Below are positions 63,304-64,000 of a stretch of 64,000 nucleotides of DNA, one piece after another; position 1 is the first letter of the stretch, and every line of letters starts with the position of its first letter. Under the pieces are notes generated by a model, which searched no databases, was not told the origin of the DNA, and was given only the letters and a program-made list of their open reading frames with translations. A program made the translations under genes and the position numbers. This DNA is from Pavona decussata (taxonomy: Eukaryota). Where the stretch lies: the NCBI GenBank assembly GCA_977016875.1, contig CDRNST010000056.1:6324001-6388000 (forward strand), given 5' to 3'.

Positions 63304-63762
63304 ATGCCTCCTCGTCGTTCACAACGCCAAAAACGTCCAAGCGAAAAGGCCCTACAGTCCCTTGTCTCCGTGCCAAGCCGTCACCGTCACCATCAGCAAC
63401 CAGAAGGTGACCCTGGTCAAGTGCACGAAGACGGAGTGGGTAGTGAACATAGTGGTGATGCATTGCCTGCGATCAGTGGCAGTGTTTCTCTGCCTGCCTC
63501 ATCCGCAGCTCTCCCTCCTGGTGTACTGAAGCACATCATAGCAACGGTTACGGCTGAAGTCACCAAGAAGCTCGGCGAGACACAGGAGCCCACCACAGAG
63601 GCCCCCGTGGCATCATCTCATGAGGGGGCGGCTGGGCAGGTAGAAACGTCCTTGCAGGGTGCGATTGCCTCTTTTCAATCCTCCCTGGCAGGTGAGGCCC
63701 TGTCTTCCTCCACTTCCACTCAACCCAAGGACATCTTCAGTTCCATTAGCATACCTGCCGAC
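63304..63762 (+). pseudogene. gag-like ORF1 N-terminus of copy B
   Basis: ATG directly after acceptor TTTCACAG; VT.EVT.KL and LAGE...P.DIF.S..IP match copy A. Confidence 0.8.
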
Positions 63763-64000
63763 GCTATTAGATTTAAACAGAATTATGTATTGTTTCTTAC
63801 AGATCGCATAAAACTAAAATTAAAGATTATACGATTCCGTGTCCAGTCATCTATTCAAGAACATTCGATTTCTTTGCTGACCCGTTGGACTACGGGATGA
63901 ATGGTTGATGGTTCCTGTGTACTTTGGCCTGGTGTGGAAATTTGATGCGTAGCCCGATAATGGGAAAAGACGAATTAAAAGGAGCAAAGAAAACCCGGAG

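Larger units (their letters stand above)
61123..63762 (+). mobile_element. Ngaro/DIRS-group retrotransposon 5' fragment (copy B), bounded by a 19-bp direct repeat
   Basis: Leader similar to copy A, SGNH ORF, hairpin array, gag start; GCTATTAGATTTAAACAGA at 61104-61122 and 63763-63781. Confidence 0.82.

Noticed and set aside
63763-63900. C-terminal part of the 204-aa ORF 63286-63900
   Set aside because: Read-through past the element breakpoint into flanking DNA.

Overview
Eukaryotic, AT-rich transposon graveyard with no intact cellular gene. The mix of element families suggests an anthozoan (stony coral-like) genome; that is inference. From left to right: a decayed EnSpm/CACTA transposase, a complete two-gene PIF/Harbinger element (TIRs plus TTA TSD), and a ~2.7-2.9 kb unit in three tandem copies carrying relics of a spliced gene, with a TA-targeting MITE in copy 2. 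Next come LINE tails, a hAT fragment, and a Gypsy element (gag, CCHC, MYND finger, protease) interrupted by a Kolobok derivative and a solo LTR. These are followed by a HIRAN-like relic, a DIRS tyrosine-recombinase 3' end, two L1/Tx1 LINEs (one hit by a Helentron-type HINE and a Kolobok MITE), an NHL-repeat protein relic, Sola and Penelope fragments, two Academ transposons (one hit by a pogo element) and two diverged Ngaro/DIRS-like 5' halves. The most striking structure is shared by the two Ngaro-like elements: short leader, splice donor, SGNH-hydrolase ORF, array of ~20-28 small RNA stem-loops (AGAGC-CYTGTT-type loop-GCTCT), then a splice acceptor directly in front of the gag start codon. 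Coding TE relics are strongly biased to the + strand, as in uni-strand piRNA clusters. All family assignments come from motif recognition by eye; no database search was run.
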